Positions 1-9,447 are shown, counted from the first letter of the stretch. The stretch: 64,000 nt of DNA from Candidatus Woesebacteria bacterium GW2011_GWB1_39_10 (GCA_000993205.1 LBVU01000003.1:85820-149819); one strand, 5' to 3'. Notes: a model not told the origin generated them from the sequence alone. Numbers and translations: made by a program.

Positions 1-1860
1 GACTGTACCCGCCTTGGTCATAGTTGTGACTTCGTCGGTATATTGAGTTGGAATTCCCTGATTTTTAACAAATGCCACTAACGCTTCTATTTCTTTATCA
101 TTAACAAATGCGCCCTGAATTCTTAAAGGTTTTGCTTGTTCAGGGGGCAAATATAACATATCCCCTTTACCCAACAGTTTCTCTGCTCCTTGAGTGTCAA
201 GGATAACACGAGAATCTACTTGGGAGGCTACAGCAAAAGCAATACGGGAAGGAACATTAGCCTTAATTAAACCTGTAATGACATCAACCGAAGGCCTTTG
301 TGTGGCCAAAACCATGTGAATACCTGTAGCCCTACTCATTTGAGCAATTCGGGTAATTGCATCTTCAACTTCAACCGGAGAAAAAAGCATAATGTCCGCA
401 AGTTCGTCTATAAAAAGAATTATAAAAGGCAGGGCTTGGAACCCGCTCATTTCGTTATAACCATCGATATTCCTGGCACCCGCTTCCGCAAAAAGTTTAT
501 AACGCCTATCCATCTCCGCCATAACCCAACGGAGAGCACTTAAGACTTTTTCAGGTTCTACAATAACCGGGGACAAAAGATGTGGTATACCATTATATCC
601 TGTAAGTTCAACCCGTTTGGGATCAACCAAAATTAATTTCACTTCAGTCGGGGCCGCGCGGAAAAGAATTGATGCAAGAAATGCATTAATACAAACCGAT
701 TTACCGCTTCCGGTTTGCCCTGCTATAAGAACATGCGGCATTCTGGCTATATCGGCAACAACCGGTTTACCGGAAACGTCAAAGCCCAAAGAAACTGCCA
801 ATTTTGAACGAGTTCCCTGCATTTCCTCTGACTCCATCATTCTTTTGAGGGTTACAAATTCTGCTGCACGGTTGGGAAGCTCTATTCCAACAAGCGATCT
901 ACCGGGAATTGGGGCTTCAATCCTAATTGTACCGGTGGGGGCAGCCAACGCCAGAGCCAAGTCGCGTTCCAAAGCGGTAATTTTAGATAATTTGGTCCCG
1001 AGGGCAACTTCAATAGCGTATTGAGTTACGGCCGGACCAAGATTTACCTCAACCACCCTCGCTGTAATTCCAAAAGATTCCAGGGTCTTTTCAATAACTG
1101 CGGCATTGCCCTTTATATCTCCTCTGTCGGCTTTGCCCACGCCGGTATCGCTAAGAAGTTCAAAACTTGGATATTTCCATATCTTTTCCTCTCCGGGAAT
1201 ATTGCTCACAAGCTTTTGTTCCAAAGGCTCCTTGAGTGTATTTGCCGCAGTCGCCGTCTTTGCAGAATTTATAGCCACCTGAGACCTGATGTTGCTTCCG
1301 CCGGAAACTTTCATAGGTCCCTTGCTCATTTGATTACCGCTGATTTTTATCGGCGACTGGCCGTAAACATATCCTCCAACATACTTAAACATTTCCACTG
1401 TGAATTTAATAACTTGGTCAATCGAAGTATTGAAAAGGACAATCAAACCAACAAGGCTGGTTCCGATTAGAACTATTCCGGCTCCTATTCCTGTAATCAG
1501 AGCCTCTATTCCCTCCCAGGCAGAAGTTCCCAAAATCCCCGCCCTTGTTAAAGTAACCATAGAAATAAAGAAAAGGAGTCCCCCCACAATAACATTGGGT
1601 TGGGCAAGAGGAAACTTGGCCCTGGACATTAAGAATGCAAAAGCCAAAAAAAGAAAAGGTAAAAAGAAGGATGACCAAGAAAAGTAAGTTACAAGAAGAT
1701 CATTAAATTTGATTAAAATTGCCCCCTGCCGGGAAAAGGAAATAAAAACCAGCGCCGCTAACGCAAAAAAGAAAATTTTAGCAATGGAAAAAGAAGTATC
1801 TCTTTTAATTTTTAATTTAAATCCGCGTTTGTCTATCCTTCTTTTACGCTTTTTTAGCAT
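1..1860 (-). CDS. ftsK: DNA translocase FtsK/SpoIIIE (N-terminal TM region + motor; C-terminus beyond window edge)
   Basis: Minus-strand translation from ATG at 1860 is continuous to position 1. Polytopic N-terminus, then '...VADIARMPHVLIAGQTGSGKSVCINAFLASIL' Walker A at ~640-720, and downstream 'ILFIDELADIM' and 'TQRPSVDVITG' FtsK motifs. Absent from the ORF track because it runs off the edge. Confidence 0.9.
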   Translation of the reverse strand, partial: MLKKRKRRIDKRGFKLKIKRDTSFSIAKIFFFALAALVFISFSRQGAILIKFNDLLVTYFSWSSFFLPFLFLAFAFLMSRAKFPLAQPNVIVGGLLFFISMVTLTRAGILGTSAWEGIEALITGIGAGIVLIGTSLVGLIVLFNTSIDQVIKFTVEMFKYVGGYVYGQSPIKISGNQMSKGPMKVSGGSNIRSQVAINSAKTATAANTLKEPLEQKLVSNIPGEEKIWKYPSFELLSDTGVGKADRGDIKGNAAVIEKTLESFGITARVVEVNLGPAVTQYAIEVALGTKLSKITALERDLALALAAPTGTIRIEAPIPGRSLVGIELPNRAAEFVTLKRMMESEEMQGTRSKLAVSLGFDVSGKPVVADIARMPHVLIAGQTGSGKSVCINAFLASILFRAAPTEVKLILVDPKRVELTGYNGIPHLLSPVIVEPEKVLSALRWVMAEMDRRYKLFAEAGARNIDGYNEMSGFQALPFIILFIDELADIMLFSPVEVEDAITRIAQMSRATGIHMVLATQRPSVDVITGLIKANVPSRIAFAVASQVDSRVILDTQGAEKLLGKGDMLYLPPEQAKPLRIQGAFVNDKEIEALVAFVKNQGIPTQYTDEVTTMTKAGTV

Positions 1861-1941
1861 TGCCAATCATTGTATAACGAACTTAAGCTAAACCTCAACA
1901 GGAGATACGATGATATTCTTGAAACCTGTTAAAATTAGCAG

Positions 1942-3402
1942 GTGAAAAAGACAATCGCAAAATTTATCCTCAATCATCCTTTGACTATTCTCTCTCTAAT
2001 ATATTTTCTTTCAAGAATAATCAACTTAACCAAACTCCCTATTTTTAATGATGAAGCAATTTATCTGGACTGGGGTTGGAAATCTCTTCACACCAGTGCG
2101 GGTTTGTTTTATTCATTGTATGATGCCAAACCCCCTCTCCTTATTTGGATTTTCGGAATATTTGAAAGCGTTTTTAATTCACCACTTCTGGCGGGCAGGA
2201 TCGTATCCGTTATATTTGGATTTTTGACATTAGTCGGAATATTTAAAATCGCAAAAAACTTAGGAGACGAAAGGTTCGCGCGTTTATCTTCAATCATTTA
2301 TATTATTGTTCCTCTTTTCGCTTTTTTTGACCGCCAGGCTTTGATGGAATCAGCGGTCGGGGCCACTGGCATTTGGTCCTTTTATTTTTTACTAAAGGTT
2401 CTTGAAACCAAAAAAACTCAATACGCGATTTACCTGGGTTTGATTCAGGGGTTGGGCATCTTTACAAAACTTTCGGCACTTGTTTTTTTGATTCCGATCG
2501 GTTTAATTTTGATTTACAGAAAACGTTTTAAAGAAACTGTTGTATCTATCATAACCGGTCTTATTGTTCTCGCCCCACTCTTTTTTCAAAAAATATTTTG
2601 GACCTCATTTAACGCCAATAATCGTTTTATTTTGTCTGTTCCGGAAATTTTGGTCTTCCCACTTTCTTTGTGGATAAAAAATTTTTCAACCTCAATCGAT
2701 GTATCATTTTTCCACTTAACCCCCCTGATTTTTATATTAGGAATTTACGGACTATATTTATCTGTAAGAGATAAAATTGGGATTCTTCCCATATTTTTCT
2801 TGACAGGGTGCCTCCTTGTCATACTTCTCGGCAGATCTATCGGTCCAAGATATTTGACGGCTTTTCTTGTATTAACACCAATCTTCGCGTCACGGGCAAT
2901 TTTTAGTTTTAAAAAAACACCTGCAATTTTAATCGGAGGCACCTCAACTTTCACGGCAATCGCTGTAACTTCACTTTTAATTTTTTCTCCTATCGTCTAC
3001 TTCAATTCTATGGACAAAGTGACAACATTTTCGCAAAAATCTGAATATATAACAGGCTGGACATCGGGATATGGGATTTTGGAGACGGTAGATTATCTAA
3101 ACCAAAAAGCGAAGGATGAAAAAATAATCGCCGGTTTTAGAATTGATGCGGGTAATCCCGAAAGTGCGATGTTTGTATATTTTAACAACTCGGCTAGAGT
3201 AAAACCAATATATATAGATTCAAAGAATCTTGACAAATCCATCTTAAATCTAAATTGTGTGAAAAGCCCATTTCCTATATATTTCGTGGCCCGGGCTGGA
3301 AATTTAGCGGGGCTTGATAAACTCTTTATCGAAGAAAAGAGGTTTTATAAACCGGAGGCAAAAGACTTCGTTTCTATCCACAGGCTCAAGAAGTGTGATT
3401 AA
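1942..3402 (+). CDS. GT-C membrane glycosyltransferase, PMT/ArnT (GT39/GT83)-like
   Basis: 486 aa, GTG start. Multi-TM with a first-loop 'FNDEAIYLDWG' DE motif typical of dolichyl/undecaprenyl-phosphate sugar transferases. Confidence 0.7.
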   Translation: MKKTIAKFILNHPLTILSLIYFLSRIINLTKLPIFNDEAIYLDWGWKSLHTSAGLFYSLYDAKPPLLIWIFGIFESVFNSPLLAGRIVSVIFGFLTLVGIFKIAKNLGDERFARLSSIIYIIVPLFAFFDRQALMESAVGATGIWSFYFLLKVLETKKTQYAIYLGLIQGLGIFTKLSALVFLIPIGLILIYRKRFKETVVSIITGLIVLAPLFFQKIFWTSFNANNRFILSVPEILVFPLSLWIKNFSTSIDVSFFHLTPLIFILGIYGLYLSVRDKIGILPIFFLTGCLLVILLGRSIGPRYLTAFLVLTPIFASRAIFSFKKTPAILIGGTSTFTAIAVTSLLIFSPIVYFNSMDKVTTFSQKSEYITGWTSGYGILETVDYLNQKAKDEKIIAGFRIDAGNPESAMFVYFNNSARVKPIYIDSKNLDKSILNLNCVKSPFPIYFVARAGNLAGLDKLFIEEKRFYKPEAKDFVSIHRLKKCD

Positions 3403-5051
3403 ACTTCTACAACAACAGGAAGAATCATCGGGCGACGGCCTGTTTTTTGGGCAAAATATCTTTCCAGAAAGTCTATTGCAGTATTTCTGGCTAACGTTGA
3501 ATTAACCGATTTTTTCTTCTGAAGTTCGCGCGCCAGGTCGCGGGAAGCGTCGTCCAAAACTCTGCCGTATTTCTGTTCAAAAACAAAGCCACGGCTTATT
3601 ATTTCGGGCGGAGAAAGAAGGGTCCCGCGGTTTCTGTCAAAGTGGATAATGGTTATAACAATTCCTTCCTTGGAAAGTATATGCCGGTCCCTTAGCACAG
3701 TATTTCCCACGTCTCCAACCCCAAGTCCGTCAATTAAAACCTCTTTGACAGGAACTCTTCCCGCAATTCTTGCGTTCTGATTGTTATACTCCACAATTTG
3801 CCCGGGGGTAAGCTCCAGAACCTCTCTTTCCGACGCGCCCATCGATTGCGCGATAAGCCCGTATGCCCTCATGTGACGAATAGTTCCACCGATTGGGATG
3901 TAATATTTAGGTTTAACTAGCGCAAAAAGCATTTCAATATCTTTAATGCTTCCGTGTCCTGAGACATGAAGATCCTCCTGCATGTCGTAGTAATGTACAT
4001 CAATATCACTTTCGATAAATTTATCTACCAAAAAATTAATTCCACCGGCGCTTCCGGGTGGCCCCGGGTCTGCCGAAAAAATAACCATATCCCCTTTGTT
4101 TATCGTCAAAAAATCATGTTCACCTGTTGCCAACCGGTAAAGGGCGCTCCCGGACTGTCCGTAACAGCCGGATATAATATAGAGAACTTTATTCGGAGGA
4201 AGCTTAGCAGCCTGTTTTGAACGGATGACAACATCTTTGGGATAAAATATGTAACCTAATTGTCTTGCAATCTCTGCTTTCCTTTCAATTGATCGACCAA
4301 TCAACACTACTTTTCTTCCCAATTTTGCGGCGGCATTAATTGTCTGCTGCATCCTTGAAATGTTTGATGATATTGTTGTCAAATAAATTTTGCCCGTCGC
4401 CTCTCTTCCTGCTTGTTCAATTCTTCCCTCAATCGCCTTTTCGCTCTCGGTGTAACCCGGGGATGTTGCCCCCAACGAATCCGATGCTAAAGCAAGCGCT
4501 CCACCAGAAGCCAATGTTGCCACTTTTGCTACGTCGAATGGACGCCCGTCTACCGGGGTCCAGTCAAATTTATAATCTGGAACATGGAAAAGTTTCCCTT
4601 CCGGGGAATCAATGCAAAAACCAACCCCGTCTGGAACTGAATGGGCAACCCTAAACGGGGTTACTTTAAATACTCCGAGAGTCAGAACGTCATGATCCGG
4701 ATCAAAAACCTTAACATTTTTGGTATCCATCCCGGAATCTATTAATTTTTCTTGAATAAAACCGGCAACTAATTTGGTCGCGTAAACTGGGGTGTTGACC
4801 TCTTTAAGAAGAAATGGAATTGCCCCCAGGTGATCTTCGTGTCCATGAGAAATAAGAACCCCGCGAAGTTTATGTTTATTTTGAACTACGTAAGTAAAAT
4901 CGGGAATAACAAGATCCACACCAAACATTTCGCTATCGGGAAAGCCCACGCCGCAATCAACAACAATCATGTCGTTTCCGTATTCGTAAACGTAAAGATT
5001 TTCCGTTACGCCGGTAGTTCCCGAGAGGGCAATGAATTTGAGGGAGTTCAT
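3399..5051 (-). CDS. rnj: Ribonuclease J (metallo-beta-lactamase / beta-CASP)
   Basis: 550 aa. 'VVDCGVGFP...ISHGHEDHLGAIPFLL' HxHxDH motif, beta-CASP region and a C-terminal domain. Confidence 0.9.
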   Translation of the reverse strand: MNSLKFIALSGTTGVTENLYVYEYGNDMIVVDCGVGFPDSEMFGVDLVIPDFTYVVQNKHKLRGVLISHGHEDHLGAIPFLLKEVNTPVYATKLVAGFIQEKLIDSGMDTKNVKVFDPDHDVLTLGVFKVTPFRVAHSVPDGVGFCIDSPEGKLFHVPDYKFDWTPVDGRPFDVAKVATLASGGALALASDSLGATSPGYTESEKAIEGRIEQAGREATGKIYLTTISSNISRMQQTINAAAKLGRKVVLIGRSIERKAEIARQLGYIFYPKDVVIRSKQAAKLPPNKVLYIISGCYGQSGSALYRLATGEHDFLTINKGDMVIFSADPGPPGSAGGINFLVDKFIESDIDVHYYDMQEDLHVSGHGSIKDIEMLFALVKPKYYIPIGGTIRHMRAYGLIAQSMGASEREVLELTPGQIVEYNNQNARIAGRVPVKEVLIDGLGVGDVGNTVLRDRHILSKEGIVITIIHFDRNRGTLLSPPEIISRGFVFEQKYGRVLDDASRDLARELQKKKSVNSTLARNTAIDFLERYFAQKTGRRPMILPVVVEV

Positions 5052-5053
5052 TA

Positions 5054-5641
5054 TTACACTTTCATTTTACTCAATATTTCTCTCAATTGCACGAAATCGA
5101 CCTTTTCTGCTTCCAGTACTTTCCCATTCCTTAGAGATGCGGCAGGGTGATACATTGGGATAACTGTTAACTGTTGATTGTTTACTGTTAAATTGAACAC
5201 TTTTCCGTGGACTCCAGAGATGAAAACATCTGACAAAAATTTTGCCATAGAAAACCTACCCAATGTAATTACTATTTTTGGTTCGATAATTTCAATTATT
5301 TTGTCCAGATATTTCCCGTATGCCGATATTTCCTCAGGGAGCGGATCGCGGTTTTCAGGGGGTCTATGGTGAACGATATTTGTTATAAACACCTTTTTCC
5401 TTTCGAGGCCGGCAAGAAGTAAGAGCTTGTCTAAAAGTTTTCCCGCCTGCCCCACAAATGGCAGACCTTGTTCATCTTCGTTTCTCCCTGGCCCCTCCCC
5501 GATACAGAGAATTGAGGCCTCGGTATTTCCCGATCCGAAAACCAATTTGTTTGCTCCTTTTTTGAGAGGAAGCGAGTCGTCTTTCTCCATCTCATCTTTC
5601 AACTCGTGTAATTTCTTATATTTTGATTTCATATATTGCAT
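5054..5641 (-). CDS. Uracil-DNA glycosylase, family 4
   Basis: 'CIGEGPGRNEDEQGLPFVGQAGKLL' and 'MYHPAA' motifs of family-4 UDG. Confidence 0.85.
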   Translation of the reverse strand: MQYMKSKYKKLHELKDEMEKDDSLPLKKGANKLVFGSGNTEASILCIGEGPGRNEDEQGLPFVGQAGKLLDKLLLLAGLERKKVFITNIVHHRPPENRDPLPEEISAYGKYLDKIIEIIEPKIVITLGRFSMAKFLSDVFISGVHGKVFNLTVNNQQLTVIPMYHPAASLRNGKVLEAEKVDFVQLREILSKMKV

Positions 5642-5643
5642 TG

Positions 5644-5698
5644 ATTGACAGGGTCGGACCTTGTCAAACCGCTATCTATCCTGAAAAGGTCCGACCCT
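5644..5698. promoter_or_regulatory. Nested inverted repeats in the MPE–UDG intergenic spacer
   Basis: 'TTGACAGGGTCGGACCTTGTCAA' near-palindrome. An 11-bp arm AGGGTCGGACC (5650-5660) is repeated as its complement GGTCCGACCCT (5688-5698). Function unknown. Confidence 0.35.
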
Positions 5699-5699
5699 T

Positions 5700-6173
5700 T
5701 CAGTCCTCATTAAAAAATTCTATCTCATTTGTCACTGTCTCATACACTGCAAAATTTATACCGTTAATTATGGCTCCAGGGCGCACAAATTTAGTCCAAT
5801 TTATCGTTTTTTCCTCTTTTGAGTGGTAATGCCCGCTGAAGACGATACTAAGAGACTCGATACTAGATATTAAGTTTTGGGACATTCTGTGAACTATTCC
5901 GATTTCAAGTCCGTCGACGTTTAGTTTAAGAAGATGAGGATCAAACTTTTCGGCATTAAATTTTAAATATTCTTCAATTCCATCCTCTACATCCGCATTT
6001 CCCAAAACAGAATAAAGGGGAATTCCATATGATAAAACAGTTTCAATCGACGCGACGTTGTCCCAGTCACCGCAGTGGATAACGGCACCAATCTTGGCTT
6101 TTTTGCCAATCTCCATTACGGCTTTAAGGTTGGCAATATGGCCGTGAGAATCGGAAATAATTAAAATCTTCAC
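5700..6173 (-). CDS. Metallophosphoesterase, YfcE/MJ0936 family
   Basis: 'KILIISDSHGH', 'HCGDWD', 'GNAD' and 'GHYH' motifs. Confidence 0.8.
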   Translation of the reverse strand: MKILIISDSHGHIANLKAVMEIGKKAKIGAVIHCGDWDNVASIETVLSYGIPLYSVLGNADVEDGIEEYLKFNAEKFDPHLLKLNVDGLEIGIVHRMSQNLISSIESLSIVFSGHYHSKEEKTINWTKFVRPGAIINGINFAVYETVTNEIEFFNED

Positions 6174-6262
6174 CTGTAAATTATACCAAACTTGTGTTTT
6201 TGTGTCCTATAGGTTAGAATCCTCCATATAAATAGGCTACAAATCCCAGAAAGGAGTTAGTT

Positions 6263-6682
6263 ATGCCCGACCTATTTTTGATTGCATCCCAAGAGGACGC
6301 AGAAGTTTTGAAAAAGCACATTAAAACCGTCATTGGCCCAGCTCTCCGCCAGGCCACAGCAAACTCTTTCGAGGACCTCGAAAAAGACCCTAAAAAGGTG
6401 GCCTTATATATTTTGGCCCACCAAGGCGGAGACAACATTCCGCCCCTTCAAATCATTGGCATCGCGAGCTGGAATGCTGAAAGGGAAAGGGAGTTAGAAG
6501 GTTGGCGAAACAGGCTCGGAAGGGAGTGGGGGCTCATTCTGTCCGATAAAAAAATTGGCAAAGAGTTAACAGACAGATTCCCTTTTGACAAGGTCGAGAT
6601 CTGGCCGCTCCTGCCGAAAGGTTCATTCGCAACCGCTGCATTTGCCGCAAAGATGTTCTTGGCAGAGCAGGAATGGCGCTAG
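6263..6682 (+). CDS. Hypothetical protein (GC-rich, likely horizontally acquired)
   Basis: 139 aa ORF with strong RBS 'AAAGGAGTTAGTT-ATG'. GC content visibly higher than flanks. No recognisable domain. Confidence 0.55.
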   Translation: MPDLFLIASQEDAEVLKKHIKTVIGPALRQATANSFEDLEKDPKKVALYILAHQGGDNIPPLQIIGIASWNAERERELEGWRNRLGREWGLILSDKKIGKELTDRFPFDKVEIWPLLPKGSFATAAFAAKMFLAEQEWR

Positions 6683-6708
6683 ACAAATAGAAAACAAAAG
6701 GAGTTCCA

Positions 6709-7023
6709 ATGCAACACTTAGTTAAATTTTTTATGCCTGAGGCCATTGCCAAAGCTATCAATGCTCATTCTGAGCTTGTAACCTCGACTTTCGCCAGAAA
6801 GTTAAAAGTCCCAGAGAGCAGTGTAACCTGCATCGCCATGGCCATACCTGGAGGCAATCAGCGTATCATCGAGATCGCATTCCCCGTTATTCATACCACC
6901 GAAATGGAACGTGCGGCCCAGGATGCCTGGATCAACGCCGCCAGTATAATCACCGGCGATGTTGCAGAGCTTGTGTTCGACCGCGAATCGGATATCTGGT
7001 TTACTATTGGCTCTAAGGCTTGA
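6709..7023 (+). CDS. Hypothetical protein (GC-rich, likely horizontally acquired)
   Basis: 104 aa ORF with RBS 'AAAGGAGTTCCA-ATG', followed by an intrinsic terminator. No recognisable domain. Confidence 0.55.
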   Translation: MQHLVKFFMPEAIAKAINAHSELVTSTFARKLKVPESSVTCIAMAIPGGNQRIIEIAFPVIHTTEMERAAQDAWINAASIITGDVAELVFDRESDIWFTIGSKA

Positions 7024-7034
7024 TCGTTCGCAAG

Positions 7035-7076
7035 AAGGCGCTTTTCTTTTCAAAAAAGACTAGCGCCTTTTCTTTT
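7035..7076 (+). terminator. Rho-independent terminator after the GC-rich ORF pair
   Basis: Stem AAGGCGCT(7035-7042)/AGCGCCTT(7062-7069) followed by TTTCTTTTG. Confidence 0.7.
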
Positions 7077-7080
7077 GCAG

Positions 7081-7409
7081 TCATCCTGAATTCATTTCAG
7101 GATCTTCCTTGTCCTGAACTTGTTTCAGGATCTGCGTGAACAAATCCTTGAACTCCGGATTTTTTGTTTTAATCAAATCAATCTTCCATTCTCTATGCAA
7201 TTCTTGAGTTGTTTTTCTCTTTTGATCGCTTCCAATATTTCTTCAAAAACCTCGTAATAAAGAAGTTTGTAAGTCTTATATTTAGAGCTAAACATACTAC
7301 CAAACCCACTTCTATGCCGCGCAATTCTATTAATTAAATTAGAAGTCACCCCAATATACAAAACCGGTTTTTGATTTCCCAAAATGTAAACGAATCCTTG
7401 TTTAGACAT
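7081..7409 (-). pseudogene. GIY-YIG nuclease family protein, frameshifted near 7197
   Basis: 'FVYILGNQKPVLYIGVTSNLINRIARH' GIY-YIG motif. Frame 0 stops at 7173 ('...REKQLKNCIENGRLI*'). The +2 frame continues as the family-typical 'HREWKIDLIKTKNPEFKDL...' to 7081. A single missing G (TGG to TG) would restore '...QLKNWHREWKIDLI...'. Confidence 0.7.
7083..7131. repeat. Two tandem hairpins with YCCTGAA-N5-TTCAGGR stems
   Basis: ATCCTGAA-ttcat-TTCAGGAT (7083-7103) and TCCTGAA-cttgt-TTCAGGA (7112-7130). Related to the hairpins at 7420-7472 and to the infB/dnaK leader elements. Confidence 0.6.
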
Positions 7410-7419
7410 AATGACAAAG

Positions 7420-7472
7420 ATACTGAAACGAGTTCAGTATGACACACGCAGAAGCTGAACTGAATTCAGCTT
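7420..7472. repeat. Two hairpins, ATACTGAA-N5-TTCAGTAT and AAGCTGAA-N5-TTCAGCTT, between the Lon-like and GIY-YIG genes
   Basis: Perfect 8-bp stems at 7420-7440 and 7452-7472. Same CTGAA/TTCAG core as 7083-7131. Confidence 0.6.
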
Positions 7473-7486
7473 GACTCGGTGACTCA

Positions 7487-8533
7487 TCACTGTGGTATAA
7501 ATGTCTTTACGTTTTCGGAAGTTACCCGAACTTCTTTAGCTTTTCCTTCAACAATCATCCTGGCCACCTTACGCACAACTCCGTCGATATTCCGCTCAAG
7601 TGTACGGATTCCGGCGTCATAGCCCAAGGGTCTAACAATATTAGGCCAAACTTCGTCGGAAATAACAAGTGAGCCTTCAGGCAGCCCCGATGCTTTCATT
7701 GCGGCCGGCAAAATATATCTTTGAGCGATAACAGTCTTTTCCTGGTCGGAATAACTGGGCATGCTAATGGGCTCAAGCCTATCCATAACGGCAGTTGCGA
7801 TGCTTGTGGTGTTATTGGCTGTTGCAATAAACAGAGTCTCGGAAAGGTCGAAGGGGAAGTCGATATAATGGTCCACATAGGCATAATTCTGTTTGGGGTC
7901 CAAAAGCTCGACCAAAACTCCCATTATGCTGCTTCTGCCCTGTTCTGTAACCCTGTCGATTTCGTCCAAAAGTATAACCGGATTTCTGCACTGGGTATCC
8001 CTCAAGGCCTTAATAACTTTCCCAGGTTCTGCCTCAGGGTGCATTCGCGATTGACCGCGAAGGTCTAAAGGGTCTCCCATACCTCCAAAGGGAATACGGG
8101 CAATAGGCCTGCCCAGCGCTTCTGCAATCGAATAAGCAATCGTTGTTTTACCGGTACCAACAAGCCCCACAAAACATAGAATCGGGGCACGATACAAATC
8201 TTTCATTTCCCCTTTTTCGGTTTTTAGTTTCATAACACTCATGTACTCCAAAACACGGGTTTTAATATCATCAAGGCCATAGTGGTGAGCTTCAAGAATT
8301 TTCTTAGCATTTTCCAGGTCCAGAGTATCCTGGATTCTTTTGTTCCAGGGAAGGATTGTTATCCAATCAATATATTTTTCCATGCTGTCAAACTCGGGTA
8401 AAAATGAGGGGGAATTAGTAAGCTTGGCCAGTTGATTAAGACGAACCAGAACCATCTCGCGGAGTTTATCCGGTAAGCTGGCATTTTTAATTCTTTCTAT
8501 TAAAACAGTAATTTCCTGGGCAGCAGGTTCCAT
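7487..8533 (-). CDS. Lon-like AAA+ ATPase module, with no Lon N-domain and no S16 protease domain
   Basis: 348 aa. 'YIDWITILPWNKR...HYGLDDIKTRVLEYMSV...ILCFVGLVGTGKTT...VILLDEIDR...LLDPKQNYAYVDHY' aligns to the Lon ATPase core and alpha-helical subdomain. The ORF ends before any Ser-Lys protease domain. No SD upstream. Confidence 0.75.
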   Translation of the reverse strand: MEPAAQEITVLIERIKNASLPDKLREMVLVRLNQLAKLTNSPSFLPEFDSMEKYIDWITILPWNKRIQDTLDLENAKKILEAHHYGLDDIKTRVLEYMSVMKLKTEKGEMKDLYRAPILCFVGLVGTGKTTIAYSIAEALGRPIARIPFGGMGDPLDLRGQSRMHPEAEPGKVIKALRDTQCRNPVILLDEIDRVTEQGRSSIMGVLVELLDPKQNYAYVDHYIDFPFDLSETLFIATANNTTSIATAVMDRLEPISMPSYSDQEKTVIAQRYILPAAMKASGLPEGSLVISDEVWPNIVRPLGYDAGIRTLERNIDGVVRKVARMIVEGKAKEVRVTSENVKTFIPQ

Positions 8534-8559
8534 ACATTCATGATATCACGAAGTCTTTT

Positions 8560-9429
8560 TTAAATCCCAATTTTCCAAACACCATTCTCCCTAAATGCAG
8601 GTATTGCCTGTCTTTTAGCGGAGTTGAAAACCCCGGACCCTTCTAATCTATTTATTTTTACATATTCAGTCAGTGTTATTATTTTCAGACCTTTCAGATA
8701 GGTTATTCTTTTATTTAAAGACTCTATCAGGGCTTTGCTGATTATTTTAGTCATTAACTTTATGCTTTTGGTATCGTTAAACTCGTTAAAGGCTAAATAA
8801 TACTCAAGCTTTTCTTTATTTTTAACAATGATGTTTGGAAAACCAAGACTTAATAGTTGGAAGTTCAGTAAAACTCGACCGATTCTTCCGTTTCCGTCAT
8901 TAAAAGGGTGGATTGATTCAAACCCGAGGTGAAAACCAGAAATCTTATCCAAAAAATATTTTGTATTGTCGCTTGAATAACTTAACAACAAATCAGAAAT
9001 TAAACCTTCAATTTTTTCTGGTGGAGCGCCAATATGCGTCCCTACGCGAACATTTTCCGTCCCATTCCTAAATCTTCCCGAAATTTTGTCATTAATATTA
9101 TCTAAGAGCATTTTATGGAGAAACAAAATTACATGAATATCTAAATCAGTTCTTTCTTTATTTCTCAAATATTCAAAAATCCGGGCCAAATTTTTAGCCT
9201 CAAAAACCTCCCTTAAACTAACATCACGGGGAACCTCCATTTCCATGAGGATTTTTTCTGTCTCTTTCAAGGTAAGAGTCGAGTTTTCAATAGCATTGCT
9301 GTTATAGACACTCTCGGCGATTTCAGCCTCGTCTATTAAATTAAGCAAAGAGGATTTTCCTACCCTTCGTTGATCAAATTCCTTTTTGAGCTCATCGATT
9401 TTGGCTTTTGTAGAAGTTCCAACTGTCAT
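8560..9429 (-). CDS. Fic/Doc family protein (Fido AMP-transferase) with an N-terminal inhibitory motif
   Basis: Canonical Fic motif 'HPFNDGNGRIGR'. N-terminal 'SNAIEN' matches the (S/T)xxxE(G/N) auto-inhibitory helix motif (class II arrangement). Confidence 0.85.
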   Translation of the reverse strand: MTVGTSTKAKIDELKKEFDQRRVGKSSLLNLIDEAEIAESVYNSNAIENSTLTLKETEKILMEMEVPRDVSLREVFEAKNLARIFEYLRNKERTDLDIHVILFLHKMLLDNINDKISGRFRNGTENVRVGTHIGAPPEKIEGLISDLLLSYSSDNTKYFLDKISGFHLGFESIHPFNDGNGRIGRVLLNFQLLSLGFPNIIVKNKEKLEYYLAFNEFNDTKSIKLMTKIISKALIESLNKRITYLKGLKIITLTEYVKINRLEGSGVFNSAKRQAIPAFRENGVWKIGI

Positions 9430-9447
9430 ATAGTCATATTATACAAT

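Noticed and set aside
617-1687. Plus-strand ORFs 617..1024, 1021..1470, 1400..1687 and minus ORF 1418..1678
   Set aside because: They lie antisense or out of frame within ftsK. The minus-strand FtsK frame is continuous with clear Walker A and translocase motifs, and these ORFs have no protein-like features.
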